From contig CALLZE010000155.1 in NCBI GenBank assembly GCA_937858655.1, positions 1-58,437 on the forward strand: a DNA stretch of 58,437 bases, given 5' to 3'. The notes under the pieces are model-generated. The model did not search any database, was not told the DNA's origin, and saw only the letters and a program-made list of their open reading frames with translations. The DNA comes from an uncultured Coriobacteriales bacterium. Lineage in GTDB: Bacteria > Actinomycetota > Coriobacteriia > WRKU01 > JAENWW01. Below are positions 47,024 through 55,951 of the stretch, one piece after another (position 1 is the stretch's first letter; each line of letters starts with the position of its first letter). The position numbers and the translations under genes are program-made.

Positions 47024-48227
47024 AGAATCCTTTAAGATTGCTTTGCGAGCGCTGAACGCAAACAAGGCACGCGCCATTCTCACTATGCTCGGTGTCATTA
47101 TTGGTGTTTCAAGTGTGATATTGCTCGTATCAATTGGAACGGGAGTTCGTGACGACGTTTTGGGCCAGTTCAACTCGCTTGGTTCGAATCTGATATACGT
47201 TATGCCTGGCAACTATGAGCAAATGATGAGCGGCTCCGGCCAAATGACGGCTTCATCATCTCCCATGGGTGTGGGAAGCACAAAGTTCACGTATCAAGAT
47301 GTTGAGCTCCTCAACTCGAAACTTACACGAGCCATAGCGATACCATTTGTTGAAGGTGGCGTGACGCTCACCAATGGGCACGAAACTGCTCAAGCATCGT
47401 TCATGGCGTCAGACGCAAATATTTCGAGCGTGATGAAAACAGATTTAAGCGCCGGTCGCATGTACAACCGTGCTGAAGTAACGGGCGCAAGTCGTGTCAT
47501 TGTGCTGGGTCACAGCCTTGCAACGAAACTCTTTCCCACAGGCAACGCGCTTGGGCGCTTGGTTCGTGTTGATGGCCAAAATTTCCGCGTCATCGGTGTG
47601 GCGGCGGAGACAGGAGGCGGAGCAACGGGCTCCTCAACGGATTCTGCCGTTCAGATTCCTTATACAACGGGCGAGCGTCTCGTGAGTTCGAAGGATTTAT
47701 CGATGATTGGGGTATCAGCACAATCAGCCGAAGATATTACCCTGACGCAGACACAAATTAAATTGGCGATGCGTCCAAAATACGGATCAGAGTTTTCGAG
47801 CATGACGCAAGATCAAATACTTGGTATGGTTGATATTCTTGTGAACACTATGACCTACATGCTTGCAGGAATTGCTTCAATTTCGCTGCTCGTCGGCGGC
47901 ATTGGCATTATGAATATCATGCTCGTTTCTGTTTCTGAGCGTACGCGAGAAATCGGCATCCGCAAAGCGGTGGGTGCGCGCACCTACGACATTTTGCTTC
48001 AGTTTGTCATCGAGGCCTTGGTACTTTCAATTTTGGGAGGCGGCCTTGGTATAGCTTTTGGCGCGCTTGGCGCGTGGCTTATAAGTTTTGTACTAGCAAC
48101 TAAAGTTACCTTGTGGTCTGTTCTTGTTGCGTTTTTCTTTAGCGCAGGAATTGGTGTATTCTTTGGAGTATATCCAGCCTATAAGGCTTCAAAACTCGAT
48201 CCAATTGAGGCATTGCGTTACGAATAG
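47013..48227 (+). CDS. ABC transporter permease, FtsX/MacB type
   Basis: MacB_PCD-like periplasmic domain between TM1 and TM2. C-terminal FtsX domain with ERTREIGIRKAVGAR. Confidence 0.88.
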   Translation: MNLKESFKIALRALNANKARAILTMLGVIIGVSSVILLVSIGTGVRDDVLGQFNSLGSNLIYVMPGNYEQMMSGSGQMTASSSPMGVGSTKFTYQDVELLNSKLTRAIAIPFVEGGVTLTNGHETAQASFMASDANISSVMKTDLSAGRMYNRAEVTGASRVIVLGHSLATKLFPTGNALGRLVRVDGQNFRVIGVAAETGGGATGSSTDSAVQIPYTTGERLVSSKDLSMIGVSAQSAEDITLTQTQIKLAMRPKYGSEFSSMTQDQILGMVDILVNTMTYMLAGIASISLLVGGIGIMNIMLVSVSERTREIGIRKAVGARTYDILLQFVIEALVLSILGGGLGIAFGALGAWLISFVLATKVTLWSVLVAFFFSAGIGVFFGVYPAYKASKLDPIEALRYE

Positions 48228-48275
48228 AGGCGTATGCGTGATGGGGGAAGCACAATATAATCTTGAAGCATATGA

Positions 48276-48301
48276 GCGCAAGGGAAACCTTGCGCTTTTT
48301 T
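48276..48301 (+). terminator. Rho-independent terminator after the MacAB-like operon
   Basis: GCGCAAGG-GAAA-CCTTGCGC followed by TTTTTT. Confidence 0.85.
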
Positions 48302-48382
48302 GTTTGCACAGTATGCTTGGGCAACGTCTTTGCTTGCTTCTAAGAACCATAAAAAATTATGTTGCATATTATTGCCAGAAGA

Positions 48383-48425
48383 GTATCATAATGAGCGATT
48401 GAATATGATACTTATTTAGTATCAT
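48383..48425. promoter_or_regulatory. Repeated GTATCAT(A) motif upstream of cydA (two direct copies, one inverted)
   Basis: GTATCATA at 48383..48390. TATGATAC at 48404..48411, an exact inverted repeat of the first with a 13-nt spacer. GTATCAT at 48419..48425. Confidence 0.35.
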
Positions 48426-48512
48426 TAAAAGAGATATTTCTATTGGTAAGAACTTCGCTTTAGCGCTAAGAAAATGAGCGGAGTGCAAACAAGAAAGGAA
48501 AGGTGGAACCGT

Positions 48513-49898
48513 ATGGACGCAACTCTTCTTGCGCGCATCCAGTTTGCGGTTACGATTATCTACCACTTTCTCTTCGTACCTTTGTCAATTGGCATTGGCG
48601 CGATATTGGTTATGGCAGAGCGTCGTTATCGCAAGACAAACGATCCCGAAGATCGGGCAGCTTCAGATTTTTGGATAAAGATCTTTACCGCAACCTTTGC
48701 GGTTGGTGTTGCGACAGGCATTACGATGGAGTTTGCTTTCGGCACCAACTGGGCATCGTTTAGCCGCTTCGTCGGTGATATTTTTGGTGCCCCTCTTGCC
48801 GCGGAGGCGCTATTTAGTTTCTTTCTCGAGTCAACCTTTTTGGCCGTTCTCATCTTCGGACGCAAGCGTGTGAGCAAGCGCTTCTTTTATATTTCGACGT
48901 GGCTAGTGTGGTTGGGTTCACTCCTCAGTGCGTTCTGGATTATTATCGCGGACTCGTGGATGCAGTCGCCTGCTGGCTACAAAGTAATTAAGACCGCAAC
49001 GGGAGAAAAAGCCGTGCTCACGGACTTTTTTGCGGCTGCGTTTAACCACACGACCATTCCACGCTACCTTCATACGGTCGATGCCATTCTCATTATGGGC
49101 GGTTTTATGGCCGTAGGCATTGCTGCTTATTATCTCTATCATGATCGCCATACGAAGTTCGCGAAGCGGACCATGGCTGTGGGAGCAAGTCTCGCGCTCA
49201 TTGCCTCGATCGCTATGGCGCCCCTCGGTCACTTGCAAGCGGTGTCAACTTTGCGCACTCAACCAGCGAAAATTGCAGCTCTTGAAGGGCAGTGGGAATC
49301 AGGGCCCATCAATCTTGGCATTATTGGTTGGATCGACACCAAAAACGAAAAGTCCTATGTGCTCGCTATCCCCAATGGCATTAGTTATATGGCCGATTTC
49401 AACACGAAGACGGTATACCCCGGCATCAAAGAAATTCGCGCAAAGGCGGCAAAGGCCGGTATTCCAGATGGCGGGCTTCCGCCTCTCCAACTTACGTTTC
49501 AAATTTATCGGGGCATGATACTGCTCTTTCCTGTTATGCTCATTGCCGCGTTTTTTGCATGGATGTGGAATCGTAAAGATGATCTTGGACACCGCAAGAA
49601 GTTTTTAAAATTTTTGATGTGGACGCCGCTGGTGCCTATGTTAGCCATTCAATTCGGTTGGTCGGCTGCGGAAATTGGACGTCAACCGTGGACTGTCTAT
49701 AATCTTTTGCTCACGCGCGATGCGGTTTCGGTGACAGTGCCCGCATCTCAAATTCTGATAACACTGATAGGGTTTACTGCTCTCTATACACTCATTTATG
49801 TTGCATGGGCTCGCGTGGTTTCAAAAATGATAAAGAAGGGGCCGCAGCTTGCCCTCGAAGCAACGGAGGAAACCTCGACGCAAGGTGAGGTGGCATAA
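48513..49898 (+). CDS. cydA: Cytochrome bd ubiquinol/menaquinol oxidase subunit I
   Basis: MDATLLARIQFAVTIIYHFLFVPLSIG is a typical CydA N-terminus. It has a Q-loop and GWSAAEIGRQPW. The start at 48513 is preferred over 48474. Confidence 0.93.
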   Translation: MDATLLARIQFAVTIIYHFLFVPLSIGIGAILVMAERRYRKTNDPEDRAASDFWIKIFTATFAVGVATGITMEFAFGTNWASFSRFVGDIFGAPLAAEALFSFFLESTFLAVLIFGRKRVSKRFFYISTWLVWLGSLLSAFWIIIADSWMQSPAGYKVIKTATGEKAVLTDFFAAAFNHTTIPRYLHTVDAILIMGGFMAVGIAAYYLYHDRHTKFAKRTMAVGASLALIASIAMAPLGHLQAVSTLRTQPAKIAALEGQWESGPINLGIIGWIDTKNEKSYVLAIPNGISYMADFNTKTVYPGIKEIRAKAAKAGIPDGGLPPLQLTFQIYRGMILLFPVMLIAAFFAWMWNRKDDLGHRKKFLKFLMWTPLVPMLAIQFGWSAAEIGRQPWTVYNLLLTRDAVSVTVPASQILITLIGFTALYTLIYVAWARVVSKMIKKGPQLALEATEETSTQGEVA

Positions 49899-50956
49899 TG
49901 TTGGCATATATTTGGTTTGCACTCATCGCGGTTTTGATTATTGGCTATATTGTCATGGATGGTTTTGATTTGGGAACGGGCATTCTCTACCCGTTCTTGG
50001 CAAAGACCGAAGAAGATAAGAGGGTTTTACTTCGTTCAATCGGCCCTGTGTGGGATGGCAATGAGGTATGGTTGCTCACGGCCGGCGGCGCTCTCTTCGC
50101 GGCATTCCCTGCGGTATATGCAACAGTATTTTCTGGCTTCTATCTTGCGCTCATGCTGGTTTTGTTTTGCTTGATACTGCGCGCGGCAGCTCTGGAGTTT
50201 CGCTCGATAGACCCCGCTTGGTCTCGTTTTTGGGATGGTTCGTTTTTCGCAGCTTCAGCCATCGCGTCTTTGCTCGTGGGGGTAGCTGCCGGTAATGTTA
50301 TTCGTGGCGTTCCCCTCGATAGTGCTGGTGAGTACGCGGGCACTTTCTTTACGCTGCTCAATCCTTTCGCTCTTCTCGTGGGAGTAACGGGATTTTGCTG
50401 GATCGTTTGGCACGGTGCTTCATGGCTCTCACTTAAGACCGTCGGCCCTCTGCACAAGCGCGTAATGAACGTTCGCAAACGTGCGACGCTTGCGCTCGTA
50501 ATCTCATTTGTGATTACGACAGTGCTCGCTCCTATGCTCGCTTCGCATGCGTTTGAAACGGGCAGCAAGTCACCTCTTGCGCTTGCCGGAGCTTTAGTTG
50601 CAGTTTTGGGCATCGTCATCTCTATGGTCTATGGAGCTAAAAGTTCAAAGGCATCTGAGCCCTGCACAAAATGCGATTTTTTTACCCTTCTCGGTTCGGC
50701 GTTCGCAGGCATAGGTGCGGTTTTGGTTTGGGCAGGCTCGATCTTCCCCAACATGTTGCCTGCACTCAACAACGGAGCGTATGACGCAACAAAAAGTCTC
50801 TCAGTTGTCGGGAGTTCTTCGAGCAATCTAACACTTCTTGTGATGCTCATCATTGCGGCTATTGGCGTTCCGCTGGTTCTCTTTTATACTGCGCTCATTT
50901 ATAAAACGTATGCAGGGCGTATTGAACCAAACCAAGAGAGTGATGGTCACTATTAG
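49898..50956 (+). CDS. cydB: Cytochrome bd oxidase subunit II
   Basis: Start overlaps the cydA stop. IWFALIAVLIIGYIVMDGFDLGTGIL and IGPVWDGNEVWL. Confidence 0.93.
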   Translation: MLAYIWFALIAVLIIGYIVMDGFDLGTGILYPFLAKTEEDKRVLLRSIGPVWDGNEVWLLTAGGALFAAFPAVYATVFSGFYLALMLVLFCLILRAAALEFRSIDPAWSRFWDGSFFAASAIASLLVGVAAGNVIRGVPLDSAGEYAGTFFTLLNPFALLVGVTGFCWIVWHGASWLSLKTVGPLHKRVMNVRKRATLALVISFVITTVLAPMLASHAFETGSKSPLALAGALVAVLGIVISMVYGAKSSKASEPCTKCDFFTLLGSAFAGIGAVLVWAGSIFPNMLPALNNGAYDATKSLSVVGSSSSNLTLLVMLIIAAIGVPLVLFYTALIYKTYAGRIEPNQESDGHY

Positions 50957-50987
50957 GCAACAAACAACCGTCTAAATTCCGATAGTA

Positions 50988-51014
50988 AATGCCCCTCTTA
51001 GGAGGGGCATTTTG
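50988..51014 (+). terminator. Rho-independent terminator after cydB
   Basis: AATGCCCCTC-TTAG-GAGGGGCATT followed by TTGG. Confidence 0.7.
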
Positions 51015-51202
51015 GTGGCTTTTAATAATGAAACAAGCAAGACAAGGAAAAGAGTTCAGCGAACGAGTGTTCGTTCTGCTCAAAAAGCCATGTCTAACGT
51101 ACCAACTACACTGTTTCTCGAGGTAAGAAAAGTCGAGGTGAAAGTACTGGGGGAGGTCTTTCGAGGGGGCTTTTCTTGAGGGGGGGACTCCACTTCTGTG
51201 GA

Positions 51203-51240
51203 GAAAAAGGAAAGCCCGAGGCATGCGCTTCGGGCTTTCC
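51203..51240 (-). terminator. Rho-independent terminator after hcp
   Basis: On the minus strand, GGAAAGCCCGAAGC-GCATGC-CTCGGGCTTTCC is followed by TTTTTCTCC. Confidence 0.8.
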
Positions 51241-51274
51241 TGCATTGATTTGCGTAAGTGAAGATGATTGCTTA

Positions 51275-52852
51275 CTAGCCAATCAAGGTCTTGAGATCCT
51301 CTTCGGGGGTAGTAATGGGCGCAAGCTTGAACTTCTCGACAAGCAAATCGAGAACAGCGGGTGAAATGAATGCGGGCAGTGTTGGTCCCACGCGAATGTC
51401 AGTAATGCCGAGCGCAAGCAAGGTGAGAAGAACCGATACGGCTTTTTGCTCGTACCAAGAAAGTACAATCGAGAGCGGCAGCTCATTTACGCCACACTCA
51501 AAAGCGTCAGCCAATGCGAGAGCAATTTTGATGGCGCTATAAGCATCGTTGCACTGGCCGATATCCATGATGCGAGGGAGTCCCGCAATCTCACCAATAT
51601 TGAGGTCGTTGAACCGGAACTTTCCGCAGGCAAGGGTGAGAACAATGGTGCCCTCGGGAGCATCTTTAACAATTTCGGTGTAGTAGTTGCGTCCGGGCTT
51701 TGCTCCATCGCAACCGCCGACGAGCAAGAAGTGCTTAATGGCGCCAGACTTAACTCCCTCAATAATGGTTCCGGCGTGAGAGAGAACGGCATCATGGCCG
51801 AATCCCGTCATGACACTTGTTCCTCCATTGATGCCGGTGAACTGTTGGGGTTCACTGTATCCGCCAAGTTCGAGAGCGCGTTCAATGACGGGAGCAAAGT
51901 CTTTGTCTTCGCCGATGTGAACCGTTCCGGGGTAATTTACTACACCTGTAGTAAAGACGCGGTCTGCATAGGTGTCCTTAACGGGCATGATGCAGTTGGT
52001 GGTAAAGAGAAACGCTCCAGGGACACCCGCAAACTCTTTTTGCTGGTTTTGCCATGCGGTTCCGAAGTGACCCTTAAAGTTGGGATATGAAGCAAACAGT
52101 GGATAGCCATGGGCAGGGAGCATCTCGCCATGCGTATAAATATCAACGCCTTTGTCACGTGTTTGTTCAAGCAAAAGTTCAAGATCGTGAAGGTCGTGGC
52201 CCGAAATTACGATGAAGGGTCCAGGCTGCACTTCGAGAGATACTTCAATAGGACGAGGCTTGCCGTAATGGTCAATATGAGCCACATTGAGATCTTCCAT
52301 GGCTTTGAGATTAATCATGCCCGTTTCAAATACCATATTCGTTAGTTCTTCTGCGTCGGTGCTGCGGGCAAGGGCGCGCAAAGCATCGAAAAGGAAGGTA
52401 ATAACCTCAGTATTTGTTGAGCCGAGGATACGAGCGTGATACTCATATGCGGCAATACCACGAATGCCAAACAGAATGAGAGATTTGAGCGAGCGCAGGT
52501 CTTCTGGCGCTTCCCAAATGTTCTTGGTACAGGTAAATTGAGCTGCTTTACACTCAGGCTTGAGTTCGCCGCCTGAGGCTACTGCAGCATCAATCTTGTC
52601 AAGAAAGTCCTGAAGGCTCACATCATCGAAATCAACGTTTGTGATGGTGGCGAAAAGGCCATCCAAAAGAAGATCGATTTCATTTTCGTTTGCCTTGCGG
52701 TCTTTTACGCAGCAGGAAAGGCGTACAAGCGCCTCGGTAATGTGATCTTGCAAGTGCGCGCTCATTGCTGATTTGCCGCATACTCCACGGGTCGTGCAGC
52801 CGTGCCCGCCCGCGGTTTGCTCACACTGAAAACAAAACATTTCGTCTGACAT
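51275..52852 (-). CDS. hcp: Hybrid-cluster protein (hydroxylamine reductase/NO-stress protein)
   Basis: N-terminal CFQCEQTAGGHGCTTRGVCGK cysteine cluster and hybrid-cluster ligand regions. I prefer the start at MSDEMFCF (52852, GGGAG RBS) over 52876. Confidence 0.92.
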   Translation of the reverse strand: MSDEMFCFQCEQTAGGHGCTTRGVCGKSAMSAHLQDHITEALVRLSCCVKDRKANENEIDLLLDGLFATITNVDFDDVSLQDFLDKIDAAVASGGELKPECKAAQFTCTKNIWEAPEDLRSLKSLILFGIRGIAAYEYHARILGSTNTEVITFLFDALRALARSTDAEELTNMVFETGMINLKAMEDLNVAHIDHYGKPRPIEVSLEVQPGPFIVISGHDLHDLELLLEQTRDKGVDIYTHGEMLPAHGYPLFASYPNFKGHFGTAWQNQQKEFAGVPGAFLFTTNCIMPVKDTYADRVFTTGVVNYPGTVHIGEDKDFAPVIERALELGGYSEPQQFTGINGGTSVMTGFGHDAVLSHAGTIIEGVKSGAIKHFLLVGGCDGAKPGRNYYTEIVKDAPEGTIVLTLACGKFRFNDLNIGEIAGLPRIMDIGQCNDAYSAIKIALALADAFECGVNELPLSIVLSWYEQKAVSVLLTLLALGITDIRVGPTLPAFISPAVLDLLVEKFKLAPITTPEEDLKTLIG

Positions 52853-52924
52853 GATAACTCCCATCATCAAGGCCATTAGGCTAGAGGTTAGATGAGGAAA
52901 CTATATACCCAGTATCTATGTTAG

Positions 52925-52944
52925 AATGTTGCCTGTGCAACATT
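52925..52944. promoter_or_regulatory. Perfect palindrome AATGTTGC-CTGT-GCAACATT between hcp and the divergent Crp/Fnr gene (candidate HcpR-type operator)
   Basis: Perfect 8-bp arms with an N4 spacer. It lies 73 nt upstream of the hcp start and 27 nt upstream of the regulator ATG. Confidence 0.5.
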
Positions 52945-52970
52945 TTGGAAATAATTTTAAGGAAATTTTA

Positions 52971-53678
52971 ATGGAAATCATAACTGCTAAAGAGCGAACG
53001 CTTCACGCCCTCACCGATGAATATTTGGGGTTGTTGGTGGATACGGAACTGTTCTCTGGCATTTCTATTCAAGAGATACGTGCGATGCTGGCATGTCTTG
53101 GGGCGCAGGTCAAAACATTTGAAAAAGGCAATTTGCTGGTTAGCCCTGGCCAGCCACTTGATTCTTTGGTGATTATGCTTGAGGGCCAGTCGCATATTGT
53201 TCAGTATGATCTCGATGGCAATCGTTTTATTCGAGGTGATCTGGCTATCGGTGATTGCTTTGGCGACACGACCGTATGCGCGCGTCAAAAAACGAGCGAT
53301 CTTGGACTCGAGGCTCGCACGGATACTAAGGTGCTTGTCGTGAAATATCAGCGTGTTGTAACGACGTGTTCGAGTGCTTGTCAATTTCATGCGAGGCTCA
53401 TTCAAAACTTGCTGAAAGTTGTGGCAACCCACAATAATCACCAGGCTCAGCAACTCGAGGTTCTGACGCAAAAAACGCTGCGAGATAAACTCTGGTATTT
53501 CTTGCGCAGCATTTCACATGACGAGCGCGACAGTGAGTTTGAGATTCCCTTTGCCCGTGAAGAGCTGGCCGCATATTTACGCTGCGACCGGAGCGCTCTT
53601 TCGCGAGAAATTTCGAATATGGTTGCGGAAGGCCTTATCAAAACGCCCCGTCGTCAGACGTTTATTTTGTGCTCATAA
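52971..53678 (+). CDS. Crp/Fnr-family transcriptional regulator (HcpR-like by context)
   Basis: cNMP-binding-like N-terminus (FSGISIQEIRAML...LLVSPGQPLDSLVIMLEG) and C-terminal HTH (FAREELAAYLRCDRSALSREISNMVAEGLI). ATG at 52971 after AAGGA. Confidence 0.85.
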   Translation: MEIITAKERTLHALTDEYLGLLVDTELFSGISIQEIRAMLACLGAQVKTFEKGNLLVSPGQPLDSLVIMLEGQSHIVQYDLDGNRFIRGDLAIGDCFGDTTVCARQKTSDLGLEARTDTKVLVVKYQRVVTTCSSACQFHARLIQNLLKVVATHNNHQAQQLEVLTQKTLRDKLWYFLRSISHDERDSEFEIPFAREELAAYLRCDRSALSREISNMVAEGLIKTPRRQTFILCS

Positions 53679-53679
53679 A

Positions 53680-54573
53680 TTAATGGGTACGCTTATCGCC
53701 CTCGAAGAAGAGTGCGACAGTTCCTGGGCCCGTGTGCGCGCCAACAACGGTGCCGACCGTATTGATGAGAATTGGCTTGCGAATATCAGGGAATGTTTTC
53801 TCAATTAAATCTGCGACAGCACGCGCGTCATCATAACAATTTGAATTCGAAATATAGCACAGCCCATCATAGGCACTGCCGTTCTTTGCATGTTCTGCCA
53901 TACGCTCTACGATGGCGGTAATGGCTTTCTTCTTTGAGCGTATTTTTGATTGGGGAATTAGTTTTCCTTCACTGTTCATATTCAGCAGAGGACAAATATT
54001 GAGCATCGTCCCAACAAAAGCTGAAGCGTGTGAAATGCGGCCCCCACGAAGGTAACTCGAAAGGTCGGTTGAAAAGAACCAATGATGTACGTCGAGACGA
54101 TTGTCCTCGACCCATTGGGCAAGTTGTTCGAGCGTGTAGCCTTGGTCTCGCAATTCTGCCGCACGCGACACTAGTAAGCCGTAGCCTGATGAGGCGCCCA
54201 GTGAATCGATGACGACAATTTTCTGGTCAGGATACTTTTCCTTCAGCATGATGCCTGTCTCAACAGCGGTTTCATATGACGACGAGAGACCTGATGAGAA
54301 TGAAATGTGCAAAATATCTTTGCCATCCTCTAGTGCCGGAGTCCAAGCTTCAATATATTCGCCCGCGTTTACCGCAGAGGTAGAAGGCATCGCCCCTTCT
54401 TCAATGCGACGATAAAACTCCTTAAAAGGCATGGTCTTCCCAAGGTCATCGGGGTACAACTCGCCATCAAGGAGATAGTGAAAGCACACATAGCGCACGT
54501 CGTGGTCCTTAAAAAAGGACTCGGGCATATCTGCAGTTGATTCGCAGTATATGGAGTAGTTAGGTGTGGTCAT
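53680..54573 (-). CDS. DegV-family fatty-acid-binding protein
   Basis: YCESTADMP..., PSTSAVNAGEY, ILHISFSSGLSSSY, and GPGTVALFF at the C-terminus. Confidence 0.88.
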   Translation of the reverse strand: MTTPNYSIYCESTADMPESFFKDHDVRYVCFHYLLDGELYPDDLGKTMPFKEFYRRIEEGAMPSTSAVNAGEYIEAWTPALEDGKDILHISFSSGLSSSYETAVETGIMLKEKYPDQKIVVIDSLGASSGYGLLVSRAAELRDQGYTLEQLAQWVEDNRLDVHHWFFSTDLSSYLRGGRISHASAFVGTMLNICPLLNMNSEGKLIPQSKIRSKKKAITAIVERMAEHAKNGSAYDGLCYISNSNCYDDARAVADLIEKTFPDIRKPILINTVGTVVGAHTGPGTVALFFEGDKRTH

Positions 54574-54585
54574 GGTGGTCTCCTG

Positions 54586-55710
54586 TTATTCTTCTATATT
54601 CCATTGCACTTTGTATGATTCAAGTATATCGAAGCCCATTGACTCAAGCTCCGCCTGTATATATTTTACTGACTCGCCGCTCCAGCCGTAAGACCCGAAG
54701 GCGAGACCTGAGTGGTTGTGAGGACGCAGGCCCTTCGCGTAGGTTAAAAATGCGGCAACGCTTGGCAACATCTGGTTGTTGAGCGTTGGCGAGCCTACTG
54801 CCACAAAGCGCGCTTCGAGTAGACGAGTCAAGGCATACGAGTAGTGCTTGTCTGAAAGATTAATAATTTCAGCCGATATCCCTTCGCTTTCCCACTTTTC
54901 CGCAATTTGTTGCGCAAGTTTTGCGGTGGTGCCCCACATCGTATCGTAAATGATTATTCCCCGTTGGTCATCAGTGGTACCAGCCGCCCACTTTTTATAT
55001 GCGGCTATCATTTCAGTAATTCGGGACTCGAGGATTACACCGTGTGAAGGGCAAATTCGTTCGATGTTGAGCCCAGCGGTTGCATCTAAAAGTTTGTCTA
55101 CTTGCATGCCGTAGGGAAGCACGATATTAGCATAGTAGTCGCCGGCGCGTTCCATCAAAAACTCAGTGTCAATATCGCTATCTTTGAAGTCGCCTGTGCC
55201 GATATGCTGGCCAAGCGCGTCATTCGAAAAGAGCGTCTTAATCTCAGATACATAGGTGCTCATCGAATCGGGCCAGTGCACCATCGGCATGGGGATAAAC
55301 GAAAACGTGAAAGTACCGGTATTGAGCGAGTCGCCCGCTGTGACCGTGTGAAACGAATACGTTGCATGAGGGTAGTAAGCTTTAAGTTCGCGTTCGCAGG
55401 CTTTGGTGCCGTACACTTCAGCATGTGGATATGCGGCAGTCACTGCTGGCAATGCGCCACTATGGTCAGGTTCGACGTGGTTACAAATAATATGAGTTAG
55501 GGGCTTATCACCAAGAATTTGCTTGATATTATCGAGCAGTTCCTGAGCAAAAGCGACTTTAACGAAGTCGACGAGGATGGCGTTTTCGCCGTCGATGAGT
55601 AAGTACGAGTTGTAGGTGGTGCCAAACGGAACTTGGTATCCGTGAAATATACGAACATTACTATCAACAACCCCGACCGAGTAGACGGAAGGGCAAATTT
55701 CGTGAATCAT
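54586..55710 (-). CDS. Flavodiiron protein (FprA-type; metallo-beta-lactamase-like + flavodoxin domains)
   Basis: Di-iron motif ICNHVEPDHSGAL and a flavodoxin-like C-terminal half (IIIYDTMWGTT...GSPTLNN). It ends 12 nt upstream of the degV start. Confidence 0.9.
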   Translation of the reverse strand: MIHEICPSVYSVGVVDSNVRIFHGYQVPFGTTYNSYLLIDGENAILVDFVKVAFAQELLDNIKQILGDKPLTHIICNHVEPDHSGALPAVTAAYPHAEVYGTKACERELKAYYPHATYSFHTVTAGDSLNTGTFTFSFIPMPMVHWPDSMSTYVSEIKTLFSNDALGQHIGTGDFKDSDIDTEFLMERAGDYYANIVLPYGMQVDKLLDATAGLNIERICPSHGVILESRITEMIAAYKKWAAGTTDDQRGIIIYDTMWGTTAKLAQQIAEKWESEGISAEIINLSDKHYSYALTRLLEARFVAVGSPTLNNQMLPSVAAFLTYAKGLRPHNHSGLAFGSYGWSGESVKYIQAELESMGFDILESYKVQWNIEE

Positions 55711-55809
55711 GAATCCTCCTTTTAAGCCTTTTCAAGTATCCCACTCTTTCAGCAGTGTGTATCAGTATAGAGGAAAAACTTGTTTATAATAGAGTAGTAA
55801 ATCAATCAA

Positions 55810-55884
<75 letters not shown>

Positions 55885-55951
55885 AAAGGTATGTATTCCA
55901 GACAAGCAGAATCTTGCTACTAACAAGAATTTCAGCGATGAGGTGTACATC

